Shown one piece after another: positions 60,628-64,000 of a DNA stretch of 64,000 bases. The stretch is from Synechococcales cyanobacterium VAR_4_metabat_354 (lineage in GTDB: Bacteria; Cyanobacteriota; Cyanobacteriia; Cyanobacteriales; Chamaesiphonaceae). Location of the stretch: positions 45,232 to 109,231 of the forward strand of contig JANOQI010000048.1 of assembly GCA_031414775.1 (NCBI GenBank). Direction: 5' to 3'. A program made the translations under genes and the position numbers. Numbering within the stretch: position 1 is the stretch's first letter; the number at the start of each line of letters is the position of its first letter. The notes beneath the pieces are model-generated. The model was not told the DNA's origin, did not search any database, and worked only from the letters and a program-made list of their open reading frames with translations.

Positions 60628-62256
60628 GTGACCTCAAGTAATCAGCAACCGAAAAAATCTCTGGTCAGTATTGCGCGGGTAGTGGCGATCGCCACGCTCT
60701 TGAGCAAGGTCGCCGGGTTGGTGCGGCAAGTAATTGTCTCTGCTGCTTTTGGATTAGGCACAGTAGCTACGGCCTACGGCTATTCCAACATCATCCCATC
60801 CTTCTTTTTTATTCTGTTGGGCGGCATTAACGGTCCATTTCACAGCTCGGTTACGAGTGTGCTGTCTCGCCAAAAAGACCGCAATAAAATCGCTCCGATC
60901 ATTGAATCTGTGACCACCATTGTGGGCACTGTACTGATTTCACTCTCGATATTACTGATTATTTTTGCCGGTCAGTTTATCGATATTTTTGCCCATGGTC
61001 TCAAGACTGGTTTGGATTTACAGCAGGCTACTACCACCAGAAATGTCGCGATCGAACAGCTGCAAATCATGGCCTTCATGACTTTTTTGGCGGGGCTGAT
61101 TGGCATCGGCTTTGGTACTCTCAACGCTGGCGATATGTATTGGTTGCCCTCAATTAGTCCGTTAATTTCCAGCCTGACAGTGATTATCGGAGTGGGTGTA
61201 TTCATACTACAGTATGGCGACAAAAGTAATCTGATTGAAAATGCGCATCTGGGCGGACAGGTATTAGCCTGGAGCACTTTGGCGGGAGCGATTTTGCAAT
61301 GGGTTGTTCAAGTAATTGTGCAGCGGCAAGCTGGTTTGGGGACACTTCGCCTCCGATTCAATCTTCAGCTCCAAGAAGTGCGAGAGGTGCTGAGAATTAT
61401 GTTGCCAGCAATTCTATCCTCTTCGATGCTATCTATCAATCTAATTACCGACATAACTTTCGCCTCGAATATCCCCAAAGCCGTACCGGGATTTAACGCT
61501 GCTGCTTTGCTAGTGCAGACACCCTTGGGAATTGTCTCTAATTTTATTTTGGTGCCACTAATGCCGGTTCTGTCCCGGTTAACTGAACCTAGCAATTGGC
61601 CAGAACTAAAAGACCGGATTCGGCAGGGTCTGATTTTAACTGGAATAACCATGATGCCGATCAGCGCCTTGATCATTGCCCTGTCCTTACCGCTGGTAAA
61701 GTTGACCCTGGAGCGGGGAGCCTTCAAGGCTGACGACTCTCAGTTTTTAGCCTCAATTCTCATTGCCTCAGCCAGTGGGATGTTTTTCTCTTTGGGACGA
61801 GACATACTAGTACGAGTTTTTTATGCCCTGGGTGATGGCAACACTCCCTTTAAAGTCAGTATTGTTAGTATCTTTGTGAACTTCACTCTGGACTTTTTGC
61901 TGTGGCAACCACTGGGGGCACCCGGAATTTCGTTGGCTACCGTTGGTGTGATGATTACAACTTTTATAATTTTTCTGGTGATTTTGAATAAGCGGTTAAA
62001 TGGTTTGCCCTGGACAGAGTTGGGACCGCCGCTGTTTGGAATTTTTGGGGCTAGTTCGATCGCCGGTTTTATTACTTGGTTACTCGGTTATGCTTGGCAA
62101 CAGTTTGTACCGAGCAATTTTTTTACTTTGATCCTGCAACTCGTGATCTTAGGCAGCATTGGCCTGGGAATTTTTGGCTTGATTGCTACCCAACTGGCCA
62201 TCCCAGAGTTGGATATTTTAGTCGATCGACTAAAACAAAAATTCAAGAAGGCCTAG
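60628..62256 (+). CDS. murJ: lipid II flippase MurJ
   Basis: SKVAGLVRQ, GGINGPFHS, ERGAF, RVFYALGD. Confidence 0.96.
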   Translation: MTSSNQQPKKSLVSIARVVAIATLLSKVAGLVRQVIVSAAFGLGTVATAYGYSNIIPSFFFILLGGINGPFHSSVTSVLSRQKDRNKIAPIIESVTTIVGTVLISLSILLIIFAGQFIDIFAHGLKTGLDLQQATTTRNVAIEQLQIMAFMTFLAGLIGIGFGTLNAGDMYWLPSISPLISSLTVIIGVGVFILQYGDKSNLIENAHLGGQVLAWSTLAGAILQWVVQVIVQRQAGLGTLRLRFNLQLQEVREVLRIMLPAILSSSMLSINLITDITFASNIPKAVPGFNAAALLVQTPLGIVSNFILVPLMPVLSRLTEPSNWPELKDRIRQGLILTGITMMPISALIIALSLPLVKLTLERGAFKADDSQFLASILIASASGMFFSLGRDILVRVFYALGDGNTPFKVSIVSIFVNFTLDFLLWQPLGAPGISLATVGVMITTFIIFLVILNKRLNGLPWTELGPPLFGIFGASSIAGFITWLLGYAWQQFVPSNFFTLILQLVILGSIGLGIFGLIATQLAIPELDILVDRLKQKFKKA

Positions 62257-62642
62257 CACGGATGTATCGACAAACCCCGAATAAAATCATGTAGAGCTTG
62301 GCGGCTTAGCTCCTCTGTCCGGGATATTTCCTTAGATAAAGTCTGGGGCTGATCCCACTGAAATAGTTCAGTCATCAAAGGCAATACTTCGGTATCTAAC
62401 GCCTCCCGAAAAAGACTGGCGGGTAAAATTAATTGGGACGCTTCTCGTAAATCGTGCAGTAATTTCAGTTTGTATTCCTCGACCTGAGCGAGGGCTAAAG
62501 GTCTGGCCCAACAGCGATCGCGCTCCGGCACCATTTGAATAACTTCGGCCAGTAACAGCAAATTGGGAGATCGATCGATGCAGATAATTTGGTTAGGGCG
62601 AAAGGAAATTGAGTCCATAATCTTAGTCTTGCTAGTGACCAT
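62253..62642 (-). CDS. conserved cyanobacterial hypothetical protein
   Basis: AEVIQ...CWARPL and LFREALDTEV motifs. Confidence 0.72.
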   Translation of the reverse strand: MVTSKTKIMDSISFRPNQIICIDRSPNLLLLAEVIQMVPERDRCWARPLALAQVEEYKLKLLHDLREASQLILPASLFREALDTEVLPLMTELFQWDQPQTLSKEISRTEELSRQALHDFIRGLSIHPC

Positions 62643-62732
62643 ATCGTAATTTACACTATCGAAAATTAGGGTAAGATGCTCAAGTTGCGCGAGGAAACGA
62701 TCACCGAATCCTGAGCTATTTATGGTCGGAGT

Positions 62733-63752
62733 ATGAATGCAGTCGAAATCGAAGAAGCTGTTTCTGGGCTGGCAGAGGCACCCTTTGACCCAGAAACTTT
62801 CCCTTTTGCTTTTTTGCGGAGGATACGAATATTTTTCATAGTGAGGGGTTGTTTACGAATACGATCGCGCAGATGAGTGATGGGATGAATACTCATGAGG
62901 TGCTGTCGGAGATGTTTCGATCGATGTGTACGCTGCCTAAGGAGCGGGATGCAGAGGGGATTCGTAATTGGGCTAATGGGTTTCCCTATGTGAATGGGGG
63001 GTTGTTTTCGGGTGGGGTGGAGGTGCCGCGCTTTAGTAAGATTGCCAGGTCTTACCTGATCCATGTGGGGAATCTGGACTGGAAGAAGATCAATCCTGAT
63101 ATTTTCATGATGAGGAGCGCGGGGCGTTGGGGATGCACTATACGAGTGTGCCGAATATTCTCAAGGTGTTGAATCCGCTGTTTTTGGATGAGTTGCGATC
63201 GCAGCTTGAGGCGGCGGGAGATAATGGGCGGAAATTGTTGAATTTGCGATCGCGGATGGCGCGGATTCGGGTGTTTGATCCGGCTTGTGGGTCGGGGAAT
63301 TTTTTGGTGATTGCGTATAAGGAGATGCGGGGGATTGAGGCGGAGGTTAATCGGCGGCGGGGGGAAGCCGATCGCCAGTCGGAGATTCCGCTGACCAATT
63401 TTCGGGGGATTGAGCTACGCCATTTTTCGGCGGAGATTGCCCGGTTGGCATTGGTGATTGCTGAGTATCAATGCAATGTGCTTTACCTCGGACAGCAGGA
63501 GGCTCGATCGATGTTTCTGCCGTTGAAAGAAGATAACTGGATTACTTGTGGGAATGCGTTGCGATTGGATTGGTTGAGTCTTTGTCCACCGACGGGGATG
63601 GGGGTGAAAGTACAGGGTGAGGATTTGTTGAGTTTGTTGGATGACCAAGCGGAGGTTGATTTTGAGAATGAGGGCGGGGAAACGTATATCTGTGGCAATC
63701 CGCCGTATCTTGGATCGACTTGGCAATCTAACGAGCAAAAGGAAGATTTAAC
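62733..63752 (+). pseudogene. MmeI/YeeA-like type IIL restriction-modification methyltransferase, fragmented
   Basis: MNAVEIEEAVS start; FAEDTNIF; FPYVNGGLF; INPDIF; frameshift to LGMHYTSVPNI; DPACGSGNFL (motif I); GNPPYLG (motif IV). Two frame breaks, and truncated before the target-recognition domain. Confidence 0.88.
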
Positions 63753-64000
63753 GGAATCAGCAAAAGTCCCTACGCTCAGCGGAGCGGCGTAGGGATGGAT
63801 AGCGAGTGAGTTGACGATTGTGCCGCTCGCGAGATGCAAAGCACAGCTAGCAGTAGATGAGCGGTGCATGAGGAAACGAACAAATCCCTTGCATTTTCTT
63901 TGCACATCGATGACAATATTATCAACAACCTTAGTTAATGATAATGTATCAAGCTTACAAATTCCGACTAGATCCGACAGCCGAGCAGCAGCAGTATTTT
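63753..64000 (+). mobile_element. IS200/IS605-family element, left end (continues beyond window)
   Basis: Subterminal hairpin TCCCTACGCT/GGCGTAGGGA (63767-63795) with AAAG at its foot, followed by a tnpB start; left boundary approximate. Confidence 0.75.
63944..64000 (+). CDS. tnpB: TnpB N-terminus (partial, runs off the window)
   Basis: MYQAYKFRLDPTAEQQQYF matches the AYKFRLYPTxEQ N-terminal motif of IS605 OrfB; alternative ATG at 63938. Confidence 0.75.
   Translation, partial: MYQAYKFRLDPTAEQQQYF

Noticed and set aside
63415..63905. Minus-strand ORFs (107 and 140 aa) as a possible tnpA
   Set aside because: No HUH or catalytic Tyr motifs; mostly antisense to the methyltransferase remnant.

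Overview
A 64 kb chromosomal window from a cyanobacterium, shown by ndhN, ycf30/rbcR, hik2, sigF, the sixA-gltA operon and dense CGATCG/GCGATCGC HIP1-type words that often run in tandem. Most of it is housekeeping: folK, tsaB, upp, lepB, rimM, thrS, hemE, ftsH, mlaFD, mfd, udg, gltA, rseP, nth, murJ and three tRNAs (Leu-CAG, Arg-CCT, Ser-GCT). The most interesting accessory locus is an AT-rich, HIP1-poor block at about 54.5-57.3 kb. It encodes a Vipp1/PspA (ESCRT-III-fold) protein with a duplicated glycine-zipper insert and a truncated C-terminus, 19 bp upstream of a SpoVK/CbbX-type AAA+ ATPase with an unusual N-domain, followed by a PemK/MazF toxin-antitoxin pair. Several features are missed by the ORF track: a degraded 6-phosphofructokinase remnant at the window start, an MmeI-like type IIL restriction-modification pseudogene cut by an IS200/IS605-family element whose tnpB starts at the last 57 bases, and some structured intergenic elements. 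All family assignments come from motif recognition by eye; no database searches were run.
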